Shown: piece after piece, positions 13,873-29,905 of the stretch
Layout: each line of letters starts with the position of its first letter
Numbering within the stretch: position 1 is the first letter of the stretch
Assembly: GCA_949358305.1 (NCBI GenBank)
Contig: OX442314.1
Coordinates: 14,818,001 to 14,882,000, forward strand
Length of the DNA stretch: 64,000 nucleotides
Direction of reading: 5' to 3'
Source: Strigamia acuminata
Taxonomy: Eukaryota
Translations under genes and position numbers: made by a program
Notes under the pieces: generated by a model
Databases searched by the model: none
The model's input: the letters and a program-made list of their open reading frames with translations, nothing else
What the model was told of the DNA's origin: nothing

Positions 13873-16528
13873 TTCAGATATATAGGGAAAAGGGGGAACT
13901 GAAAAGTCGTACGTCATAGTAGTCAACATGCGCAATGACAGCAAATGACTTCATCTGATCCCACAAGAAATGACAATAGAAAACTCATTTCATTTCCTTC
14001 TTACTGCGAATGACTTGTAGGAAATGATTATAAGTTATACCTAGTTAAATCAATGACAATTCCATTTGATTCTTCTTTTTGAAATAGAAAAATAAGATTC
14101 ATCGTTATATATTCGCTAATATTGCCCAACACCGTAATTTAAGACATAATCCCACTGACTTGTGAGCTCCATTTTCATTTACAAAATCAATTTCCTTACA
14201 CATAAGGACATTAAAAGATTGAGACAATAAAAACAACAAACCAATAAATTAAAAAAGTGAGCAATTTCAAAATGAAAAATCAAAATTTACTATATGCTAT
14301 TATTGCTGTACTTTGAATATACATGCCAATCATTAGAGCTCTCGAGTGTTGATCCCCATATGGACATAACAAACAGTAGGAGCCGGGAAAGAACGTCAAT
14401 TACACTTTGTGATGCAGGTGGATGCACGTAATGATCTATTGGACATCCTTTCTTTGTCTTTCTCGTCCCCACGGACCCATCCAATATGCTGAACAAGACA
14501 TGGAGAACAAGCGCAAAAATCAGTAAGGGAGCCATGAAGCAAACGTTGGCGCTCGCGGGAATTAATGTGCTCGGCATCCCCTCGCCGCACATTCGCACGT
14601 CTGCTGTTTGCTCGTACTGCTTGCTTTTCATTAAACGAATGGGCGGACGGGGGCGCTTTACTCCCTTCCTTCTCTGTGTCAACAGTGCGACCAAACAGCG
14701 TTTCATTCTCACCATCCCCGCACCCACCTTCTGCTTTGCCAATATTAAGGGCCATGTCGAGAATGTTCATCAATTAATAACACTACAAACATAAAAATAT
14801 CAACACTGATAATGATTCCGCCGCATTAGAAAACACAACGCATGCGCGACTGTCTTAAAATATTCGAGCACTGCACTCGAGTGCTAAGTGCGGTCGAGAA
14901 ATTCCTATATTTCTTGTCTTGGCCATAAAAACCGAGGGTTAAAAAGGTTGCTGTAAGTGACACTTTTGGGTGTGTGTGCAAAGGGGTAAGCACGGTCAAC
15001 GCTCGCTCGTGTGGCGAGTCTCCATGAATAATTAATAGCGTCTTTGCTTCTTGTTTAGAGACGAGGAGTCGAGGTTGCGTGGGCGTGAAAGAGGGAGAAG
15101 GGGAGAGCGAGTGTCGACGAGACCCTCGAGGGCGAGGTCTGGCGACCAGAGATAAAGGCGTCCAGTAGGACGCGGGCAAGCCACCGAAACCCTCACCATA
15201 AAATTGATTGGAGCAATAATTCGTGGGCCTGATTGCTACATAAAGCAGGATTTTCACAGAAATGAATGGGAAGCATAGAGTATAGTCGAGTTTCGAGGAA
15301 CCATTCGCAACGGAGACGCTATACTACACGCGAGCTCAGCAGAAAAAGGGACATTTTCGAGATTTTTACGAGATGCTGCCACTCCATTTCATGTGTGCAA
15401 CGATAAAGACCAGATACGAGTGCAGATGTTATCGTCTTCTGATGCTCGAATCTTCACTCGCATTCAACATTTCGTTTCATTTACTCTTAAAAAAATGTTC
15501 TCGCAACATATTACGTGCTTTCTGCACTTTTTAATCTCTTCTCGACAAACATTATTCAATATTACACGCATTTCCCAGAAAAATTTCCAACCCATTTCGA
15601 TTTATTACAACAACAAACAGATATAAATTTTTTCTTCCTTACCAACAGCACGCAACCGTTTTCCTCTTTATGGTGCTAACTTGACTATAGTTTACATTGT
15701 ATCGCTTTTTTTGAACACGTTTATACAATTATTGTGCCTCTAAGGGACAATTGCAGCCATCTTTTGTCCTTCAACGATATGTGCAGCTGCTCGTGTCTTT
15801 ATATGGCTCATGCAGATGAAGGCCATAACCAGGCTAATTATCAATGGGGAAAAAAGTGCGAACGATGACGAAGAGATTTGGGGGGAACCAAGTAGAAATG
15901 GGTGGATAGTGGGAGGGTGAGGGATAGACCATGAGTGATTGCTTAAACTAGTAATCCATTCAAATCTGTCAAGATCAGTAAGCAAACTCCAAACACTTTC
16001 TTATAGTCATCAGAAAAACATCATCGTCGTGTCTTGTCATCATTAGCTTAAGAATCCTTGTTTTCTTTGATGGATGTGTAAATACTAAATATAAATAAAT
16101 AAATAAATTTTCACAAATTTTTTTTTACAATTTATACATAAAAATCTTTTTATGAGATCCATTTTCGAATCCATTTTGAAAGTGCAAAAGACTAGAGAGT
16201 ATAGGGCGAGGGGAAAAATAAGAGGCAAGAGGCGGTTGGGAGGGCATGGCCCTAGAACCTTGCCTCGCCACCGGATTGGTTGTTCCCTCAATTCAATTTG
16301 CATTTCTGTCACTCACGAGGTTCGTGAGAGGTCAGGGCCGCCATAGCTCGGCTCATTTGCCGCCATCGGGAGAATTCACTATTTCCATAGCAACCGACCG
16401 TTGCTAAGAAACGTGTGCTCATCCTCATTAAGAGTCGGAAAGAAGAGCATAGAGGGATGAAAAGAGAATTATCAATATTTGATGAATGATATTGAAGCGA
16501 AAAAAAAAAAATCTCAAAAAATCTCAAA

Positions 16529-16573
16529 AAATAAAATAAAATAAAATAAAATAAAATAAAATAAAATAAAAAT
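16529..16573 (+). repeat. (AAAAT)n microsatellite
   Basis: About 8 tandem AAAAT units. Confidence 0.85.
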
Positions 16574-19500
16574 AAGCAGACGTTTAACGTTTTGAATAAC
16601 CCATCCCTTCATCACGCAATCTTTTGTTGTCGCTTGTCAACGCCGTGTTGAAGCGAGGGCAACGTGTCACTTGTTCATCAACACATGGCCGACTTATCAC
16701 GTTTCTCATCTAAGGACGAGTCTTCAACTGGCAACTTGTATACCAAGCTGATATTAGATAAGGGGGAGGGGAAACCGGTGGGGAATCTCACTTACGAGTA
16801 AAATTATCCACCCTTGAAAATACTTCCGGTGCCTCCTTTGGAAAGCCAAACGCCCACGGATTAAATATCGCACTTTTCCTTTTGCTCGTGACAAAATGTG
16901 TCAGTTTGCATGTCACCTTGTTAACTCGTCTCGTGTTTGGTTATTACGCTGCAGCCCAAAGTGCTATTAGTCAATCGATCGATGTGTTTCTCTTATCGGA
17001 ATGTGGGCTTCCATCCCTCTAGCTTAAAACAAACATTGCCGGGCATTGCTGACAGCTCATCTTCAAACACTTGCATTCCGCCCCATTCCCCCGTCTCCCT
17101 CCCTCCCTCCCACACAGCAACACGTACACTTACTCACATCGTGAATATAAATATAAATATAAATATAGAAATAACAAATATTCAACGCCAGAGTTGAGCG
17201 AGAAATAGAAATATTTCTTGCTGTCTGCTTATTCAATTGACCGCCTTAACTAGGGCTTTCCTGCATTGCCGTGCATTTCTTGCCATTATCCAGCATATCT
17301 TCGGAATGTGCACGTGTTGTGACGTTAGAAGCACCTGTGTTCGACCGTCTATTGAATGCGAGGTCATCCAAAGATTAGGGCGTCGCGGTGGCCATAAAAT
17401 GTCAGGTTTGTGTACGACTCTCACCTGTATTCGACTGGGGAAAAAAGAGGGTCAGGTGACAATATACCACGTGACGCACCTGTGTGGTTGTGACAGTAAG
17501 CATGAAAAATTGAGAGAGCAGAAAAATGTTTTAAAAAAATAAACGTAAAAATAAATCAAATTATTATTTCGTCCGTAATTGACGCGTGATTTTGCATTGT
17601 TCCGCCGTTTAAGTCGCACCTTTCGTTTTGATTTCTGATTTGTAATCGTGCGGAATACGATTGGTGGTTTGGTACAAAGTCAAGTTGATTAATTTTTCAC
17701 TGCTGGGTTTATGTAAAAGAGAGAAAGTGAGAGAAAAGTGGAGAAATTTTTAAAATCCTCTTTGAGGCGCTTAGAGAAATTAAGCAAACCACTTGGACCA
17801 TACACGCATTTCACTCCAATAGGCAATAAAGTCTAAGGTCGGCAACGACTTAAGTTCGAACGAAATAAGATTTGCCAACATTTTCTTTTCAAATTTAACA
17901 TAAACCACAGCTTTATAAGCGGGTTAAAACAGTTTGCACAAATTTTACACAAGAATTTATTAACGTCAACTTTATTCAAATATGGCGACCGACTCGTCAT
18001 CGTCACGGCATCGCATCGCATCGCATCGTATCGCAGCGCCTATAAGTTTCTTCATTTCCCTCATAAATTTCAAACGTGCCCATTAGGTCAGGTCGACTTG
18101 GTTAATCAATTATTAATGAGCTAAATACAGAGGGGGAAATGTAATCGAATATGGGACGCCACCGACATCACAACACGCGCCGGCTTGCGGAACCGCCCCC
18201 GTGGCACTGTATCCAGCAGACAAATTAAATTGCCTCCATTTGTAACGGCCGAACGCCATCCAAGCCCGCCTTTCTACCCTAACCCTATCCGGGGATGGTG
18301 TGCATTGTGAATAGAGGGAAGTTTAATAATTGGACGTGCAGGGCACGTGGTGAAATCGCAGATGGACGCGCACACTCCCCCTTCATCCCTTCTGTGTGCT
18401 CATCCATGGTCCCTTGAGCACGCCATGTTAATCCAACCATGTCATAGTTACTCGTAAGCAACAGTTGAGCATATCGCATTGTCTATGTACTACTGTATTG
18501 CCCGCACACACGAGTACAACATGTATTTTTTGCATTAAACATCTCTTTTTTAAAAAATTATTAAAAAAATCTAAAACGATGTAAACAGATAAGGTCAGAA
18601 GCCGAGGGGATTACCATTTTTAAGTAAATTACAAGGTGATACGTTCTCATTAAAGCAGAATTCACACGCAACCGTTTTTTAATAAAGCCAGAGCAAACAA
18701 AAATTGACAATAACGAAACAAATGTTGATTCAGTTCTCTGCAAATGGCGCCATGTTGCGGATATGAAATGTGGTGTTAAGTGTAAGCCACTTTCGCTCCG
18801 AGATATTTTAATATCTAACTTATATATATTTTTAAAAATAAAATAGTTAATTGCATCGTATAGCGGCGGGGAAAATACCGAAGTGTGCCATTTGAATATA
18901 CAGTAGTGTTTCAATCACATTTTGACCATTTAGCTTCGTTTTTAAAAATCTTTTTCCTCGCTATAAATACTTTTCATGATGGTGGTTTGGTGAGTGCTCT
19001 CCAAACTGCGTAATATTGGAAATGAAATATTCTTCTCTACAGTATATGTATGTTGAAATTGATGGCGACTCGAGATTTCTATCACTCGAGAAGTCCTTCT
19101 GACGTTATGACTGATCTCTCGTCCATATTGCATGACTCTTCACTTCGCAGCAAGAAAATGAGTGGGAAAAGTGGGGGCCTGAGCTTCATGAAATATTCAT
19201 CCACTTCTTCTGAATTGCGGGGGTGTGTAGTCATTTATCCCGCTGTCGTTTTCCCACATTCAAATCAGGCCAAATTACACGCAAATACTAATTCGCTCGC
19301 ACTAAAAACGTCCACAAATATTGCACAACAGCAACACAAACCGTGATCAAAGAAAAGAAAAATCAGGCTGTTTAATTTTCAATCCTTTTATTAGACTTTC
19401 ACGGGGAGAAAAAATAAAGAATCCGAGTTAAGTAAATTATGTCTGTTCATTTTACTTTAATCTTCTTAAACTTGGTGTCGGTCAGCACGGGGTGTGTGAA

Positions 19501-21840
19501 AACTGAGTGGGTGATGAGATGAAGAACAGCTACAAATCGGCTTCGACGAATCACGTGTGAAAGAAACGAAAACGAAGCCATATAAAAAGCAATCTCGACA
19601 GATTTTCGAATGTAGCAGTCGCCCGACTATCGACGACAAGAAGCTCACCTTCCCCTCAAAGCTGATTATGGCACGGAATGGGCTTCAGCATTCAACTTAA
19701 AACCGTCCCATGCACACTTAATAACAAGTAAATATAAAAAAGCCAAGTTTTTGGAAAAAGGCTTTTATATTGGTGCGCTACTACAGATTGTTTCGTGATT
19801 GCCGTGACCGTGCCAAAAGACGTTTGAAAACAGAACTTTTTCCTAACAATATTAAAAAACAAAATATATGGGCAGATCAGAATTTTTATTTTAACCAGGT
19901 TTAGCCTGGTTTCAGAATTTAACGAATCCTTTTTCATACCAAAACAATCAAAAAAGGTATCGAGGCGAACATTTCGGCCTCCATTATAGTATATAGCCTC
20001 CGCCATGTGGCGCTAGCAACACCGGAAGTTGAAATAAACAAACAAACACACACACTAACATGTCAAGTTAAATAAAAGCCTTTAAAAACAAACTCGAAGC
20101 ATAGCCAAATAATTGAGGCAAAACATTTGAATGTATTATTTTTCATGACCTATTTTGTGTATTTCTAGATTGACACATTGGATCTTTCTACTAGAATTGA
20201 CTGCATGAGCTACAAAACGTAGCCAGAGGTCAAGAGGAAGGCCTCAGAGCGCCGCACTGCGGCGGACCGCAGAAATGAACTGCATGCGACTGCACACATC
20301 AACCACAATGGGAACAGTGTAGGTTACGTTGACCATTCTCTCACACGACACGAAATGAAATGATTTTTTAAACGTGCGAAATATTTGTCCATCGAGGCGA
20401 GTCGGTTGCTAAGAGCAATCTAGTGGCCGCTTGACCACGTGGGTGGGTTATTTAGTCGTGAGGCAGGGAGGGGTCGGGTCAGCAGGGGGAAGGTCACCCC
20501 GCGTCACTTTAGGCGGGACCCCCCGAAGTTCGTGTCAACCACAGATGAAACTTGAGCCCACACCTGGCCGGCGTCTCGTGCGAGTTTGTGCACCGGGTGT
20601 GGATGGCAGTTGCGAGAAAATAAGGGAAAGGTGACTCGGTCATCCGTGCTCAAATCTCATGGTCATTTTGGCCGCCCCTTTAATTATCCGCACAATGAAC
20701 GTCTTTTCATTTGCATACGAGGGTGGGTGCATGGTTGACGCCGATACGATTGAAGCCCTCGCGATCCATCACGCGAGCGAACGCCATTTGTTAGCGGCCT
20801 GGTTATCGGTGCTGCGCCCACTTATCGCCCGCGCCCAGGTCGGGCCCGGAGAGGAGAACGCAGGCAAACGGAAGGGGAGGGAGTACACCAAGTGCAACGC
20901 GGGATTACATCGTCACATTCACGCTCTCTCTCTCTCTGCCCTTCTCTAAATTTCGATTAATAACAAACTAACTTGGCAATTTTAAGCTCGCACTTTCTGC
21001 ATTCAATTTTCATATTAAAAATTAATTAGCAGCAAACTAAGTTAAAAATATTAACACCTTTTTAAAGTATAAATCTGAGGTGTTGATCCGCATTTAATCT
21101 CCTCTTAAGATCTTACGGTTTTGACCCTGTTCGCAACTCTTCAATTTGCATGTTTAATAAGACGGGCTTTGCTTGCCGCCTGACCTGGTGCCATGCGCCT
21201 TGTCCTCGGCGTTAGAGCCGTGACTTATCACTTCCTTCCCGTTCCCTAAGAAGCTTTTCGAGTCTCTTTTTCCTGCTGGACGTCGTAAACTTGTGAGCAT
21301 GCACATCTCCTTCCTTTCTTTCTCCAAATTCTCTAATTCCAATGTAGGAAACCCCCTTTTCCCAAACAGGGCTATCTATTCATGACGTCATAATCATTTG
21401 CTCTTTTAATCCGTTAAGCCGACTCAGTCCAGGCACTAGGGTATAGGGAGAAAGAGGGAAGTTTGATGATGGAATAGAGAGAGAGAGGAGGCTGCACCAG
21501 ATTTATATTTTCTCCCGCGCTCCTCTGATTCATCCCACAGATAAAATTTTAATGGAGTTTAAATAGTAAATACTCATACTCGCGCTACTCTACTCACATT
21601 TCAATCACCTAAATTAAAGCAACAAATATTCGTTCTCGTTTCATAAGTGGATATACACAAACCTATTAATTAACGCTGATTAATGGGACTTGAGGTGCAG
21701 TGAGTAGCGTCACGCACTACATATCCTTAGCGGAAAAGAATTGCTAACTTAATTAAAATGCAACCTAGTACTTGCACAATTTATTCGATCGTCGTCGAGG
21801 CAACAAAATGTAGCTTTTCAATCGTGCTATCATATATATC

Positions 21841-21863
21841 GAGAGAGAGAGAGAGAGAGAGAG
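21841..21863 (+). repeat. (GA)n microsatellite upstream of the otx-a coding exon
   Basis: About 11 perfect GA units. Confidence 0.85.
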
Positions 21864-22320
21864 TGGGAAAAAGGGGGAAATAGAATCCCCTCAAAACAAA
21901 CAAGAGTGTCGTCAAACGATGTGCACGAGGTCAGCACGCCATTATCCGTGGCAGTGGGAGGAAATGTTTGCGAGTTGGCAGACAAGTGAACAGACACACA
22001 AACCAAGTCCAGTGCGAATCTCATCCTGCGACTAGTTCGCGCGTGACTCGGGTCGCTCACACCTGGCCCCAGTGACATTATATCATGTGACACTGTTCTG
22101 TGCACGCACATCATAAACGGGCTCCGCTCACGTTGCAGCCACGCACGATTTCGATCGATTCCAATGAATCAATCGCATTGCCAGTATCAATTACAATATT
22201 TTCCCCTTTCTCTCCTTTTACCCCAGTTCGCGTCCTTTTGCTGACGAAGTGCCACCAGTTACGCTGGCGTTCCCGCCGAGTGCGGCTTTTGGGCCGACGT
22301 GCCAATCGGCGAGCCCAAGC

Positions 22321-26204
<3,884 letters not shown>

Positions 26205-28369
26205 AAAGATGACTCACCAAATTCCTCGTGACACATTTAGACGAAATATGGTTCCTATCTAGTAATATCATAGTGCTAAGAAATATTCAAAGGACAGACA
26301 AAGAAACGTTTGGGAAAGTGTGGAAAAAAGGGGGAAAATGCATTTGATCTCGCATTTGTTTGATCGATTTGAATCGAGAGTTTTTATTATTTGACCAGTA
26401 TATGTTTATAAGTGGATTGGATCAAAGCCGAAGATTGTACAGTTACTAACTACAAGCATATCAGAAGTTTTCTGTTTGCCCGTAATTACTTGATCAGATC
26501 TTATATCCAAAATTCAAGACAATGTATAAATCCTTTTTATTTTTTGTCTTTTTGTTTTGTTTGATTAATATTTTATTTTATTAACTACATTTTATTATTG
26601 TAATTTTTTGGCTCAATTTTTTTATGTTTTCATTTTTAAGAATCCTAAAATGCTCCTCAGGTTTTATTTTATTTTTAATGTGTACATTTTTATGTGGAAA
26701 TTAATAAAATGACTAAAAAATAGAGGCAAAGAAAATCAAATGTGCCATTTCATATATTGACCCAATTTTAAACAAGTGTAAATATTTCAAGGGCCAAGTC
26801 CTCATTCCTTTTTAATCATGTACAGAACCGTGTATAATGAAAACTAATTTTGTGACAGGGTATAATAATAGTAATAATGCTAACAAACATAATTAATACT
26901 AATGATACTAATTAATGTAATGTTTGGTAGTTTGATTTCATTTTTGTTTGTAGTAATTGATACATGTCTGCCATTTTACAGTATCTGTCAATTTTATGTG
27001 GTGTGTTTCACGCTATAGACCAGCGACTGTGCAGAAAGGAAAAAAAATAAATATTTCAAAATAAAAAACAGACAGACTAAAATTTTTTTTAAAAATGTGT
27101 CTTAAATGAGAAATATTGACCACGAATGCGCAGAGCGCCGTATTTTCGTTTTGCTCGTGTCGCTTATTTGTCCATTTTTAGATTAAAGTACGTACATTAG
27201 TTTACTTAAAGTCTTAATAAGATTTCTCGTTAATTAATCATTTATTTAATTAATGTCCTCAACACTTTTTGCAAATAGATAAGCTCCAATAAAAATTGAC
27301 GTACCTTTTTTAACTCCACTTCTTCCCATCGTTAGTCCTAATTTCGAATTCCCCCATCTACTGTTTAAAAATATGGCTTCCTGTTGCATGAGATCGATAC
27401 GACGCCTTTTGGCACGCTATTGAAATAATGAAGCAAAACCACGACCCAGGATTGGTTATAGCGTTATAAAATAAATAAATAAATAAATAAAAAACTTGAT
27501 TTAAAATATTGGCATTTAATTTTCAATATTTCAATACTTATTTACAAATAATTACATCATCTATTTGCTATGTTGTAATGTTAAATTGAATTTTTTTTCC
27601 AACTGTAGATTTCATAAATAGAATAAGCACATTCAATACTGGTTAGAATCATATTTTGTAAAATAAATATTTCATAAATACCAATATGAAATAATTTGCT
27701 TACAACGATTGAAACCAACACATTTGAATATTCCTATTAGTAACACAATTATTTAAATGAGCCAAATTAATAATTCAATTGTTTTATGCATAAGGCAATT
27801 ACAAAAAATGCAATTCCCATTTCTTATAAAAAATTTAATTTCTGCAATTACGTGAGGTCACTTGTTGATCATAAAAAAAAATTATAAAAATTAAAATAAG
27901 TTGGTATTCAAATGGTAACAAAATCTGGTTCAATTGTCACTGCCAAAGCCTTAATCATTCAGGTAGATTCATATCTGACTAGTCATTCCATTCTTAGCAA
28001 ACACAATATTTTCCATGATACTTATAATCAAAGTATACGTCAAAGAAAATTGAAACAACTCCATTCTACAGTTTTTTCTATAAACACAGCAAGACAATCA
28101 CAATATTTCTGTGATCAAAACTTGATTAGAAAAAAGGAATAATTAAAAACAAATAGTAATAATAATAATAATGAAATTAAAAGTTACATTTCCGTTTTTA
28201 ATAATAGAAATAAAGCATAAAAAGTAGATCACAGTTTATATTCACATTAAATATTAATAAAATTAAATTTAAAAAAAAACAAAAATTAAATAAAATTGAA
28301 AAAAATTAAAAATCACAAAAAAGAAAAATAAACAAAAATTAAATATTTTAACTGTTTTGCCAAAATTAA

Positions 28370-29610
28370 TTAATGATCGTATCGAGATGGAAATTTCCAT
28401 GAACTCTTATCACCGTAATCGTGACAATCAGACAAAGTGGGTGTTGATCTAGGGGTTAACACCTGAGCACTCGTAGGCGCCATATGTGGGTGATGTGGAA
28501 GCGGGGATGAGCTCATTTGAGAATGAGCGTTGAATTGACTCATGTGCTGCGATTGAAGATATTCCATGTTAGAATAGTAGGAGTAATTTTGCGAATAACA
28601 ATTCGCTGACGGTGGTGCTTGTGGGTTGCTCATTGGATACAAACTCCGAGTGTCTAAACAGTTGCTTCCAGGCATGTAATCAGTAACCGGCGCCCATAAA
28701 GCACCGAATGCCGCTTGCGGGGCCGTATTCAGAGGAGATGGACGAAAAGAATCGTTGCTTGGGGACGGAGTTGAAACAGAAGGCTGCGGTTGGGTGATGG
28801 AAATCGTTTGTGGGCTTGTAGAAGAACGCTTTACACTTTTCTTAATTCCCTTTGAATTACCGTTGGTTTGTGATTGCTGAGTATCTTGTTGAGTTCGATG
28901 TTTCTCCAATTGTCTTGCTTTAGCGCGCCTGTTTTTAAACCATACCTAAATAATACCAGTAAATACAAATATGTATATATATAATACTGTTTTAAAAAAT
29001 AAAAAATAAAGCAATTTTATCTGTCGTTTTACCTGAACTCTAGATTCGCTAAGGTTAATTTTAAGAGCAAGCTCCTCCCTCATAAACACGTCAGGATATC
29101 TTGTTTTTCGAAAAATCTCCTCTAACATGTCCAACTGCGCACGTGTAAACGTAGTCCGTTCGCGACGTTGTTTACGCGCATTGGTAGATGCTAAAGAAAA
29201 CAAATAAAATAAATAAAACATGCTTCATCAGAATTTCTTAAAGTATAAATATTTTACATTGATTTTTAAGTAAAATAGTTTCTTAATTGCCAGAATTTTG
29301 GAATTTTTCATACGAACACGCAAAATGATCACAAAACTGAGCAAAAATGTATTTAAAAATAGTTTTTTTTTAAATTAAAAAAAAAAAATTAATTTCAAAC
29401 ATTTGTTTACCAATTATAGTAAAAGTTACTTTTAATCGGTTTATCCACAGCTCAAAATTTTCTTTACGACGAATTAGCCGAACATAAAATAAACTTACGA
29501 GGATAAGTTCCCATATTAGGATGATGATGTGGAAGTAAATCAACTCCAGGTCCACCAATAGTTGTGTAACCATTCATTGAGTAATGTTGTGGCTTCACAT
29601 AGGATGCCAT
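28370..29610 (-). CDS. otx: Orthodenticle/Otx paralog, divergent copy (otx-b), ~281 aa
   Basis: Exons 29610-29499 ([37 protein letters not shown], phase 1), 29190-29033 ([52 protein letters not shown], phase 0) and 28945-28370 ([14 protein letters not shown]...LWAPV...[19 protein letters not shown]). The reading frame is intact, K50 is retained, and intron positions match otx-a. Confidence 0.95.
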
Positions 29611-29769
29611 GTCATCTGCCTGCCGCACGTGCGGTTGATACGGGTGGTGGTACGCCAGTGTATTTGAAATCTTGTTAAATAAAAAAAAAGTATGTAAACA
29701 ATTAAGCATAATTTCAAAACCATAATTCCAACAAATTACATTCTAACTAAATCTCAAGTTTAAGCTTAC

Positions 29770-29905
29770 GTTATATCACACTCGATCCTTAAAAATCTTA
29801 TAATAGTCTTAACACATCTGGATCATGTGGCAACAAGATGCTGAAGCGAAGTAATGTAGAGCACCAAGGGAAATTGACCTTTGACTCACCAGTTTAAAAG
29901 GGTGT
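29770..29905 (-). promoter_or_regulatory. Putative core promoter and short non-coding first exon of otx-b
   Basis: Donor AAC|GTAAGC at 29770/29769 and acceptor at 29671 upstream of the ATG exon. In-frame stops indicate 5' UTR. An AT-rich TTTTAAA at ~29893-29899 and a DR1-like GAGTCAAAGGTCA at 29875-29887 lie on the minus strand. Confidence 0.4.

Noticed and set aside
4848..22200. Many 60-190 aa ORFs in the otx-a upstream desert (e.g. 8384-8965, 11842-12294, 14290-14742)
   Set aside because: They overlap on both strands, are low-complexity or lack any recognisable domain, and have no coherent splice structure. This is expected by chance in GC-richer non-coding blocks.
28370..29610. otx-b as a pseudogene or retrocopy
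   Set aside because: The ORF, splice sites and helix-3 residues are intact, and both ancestral introns are retained.
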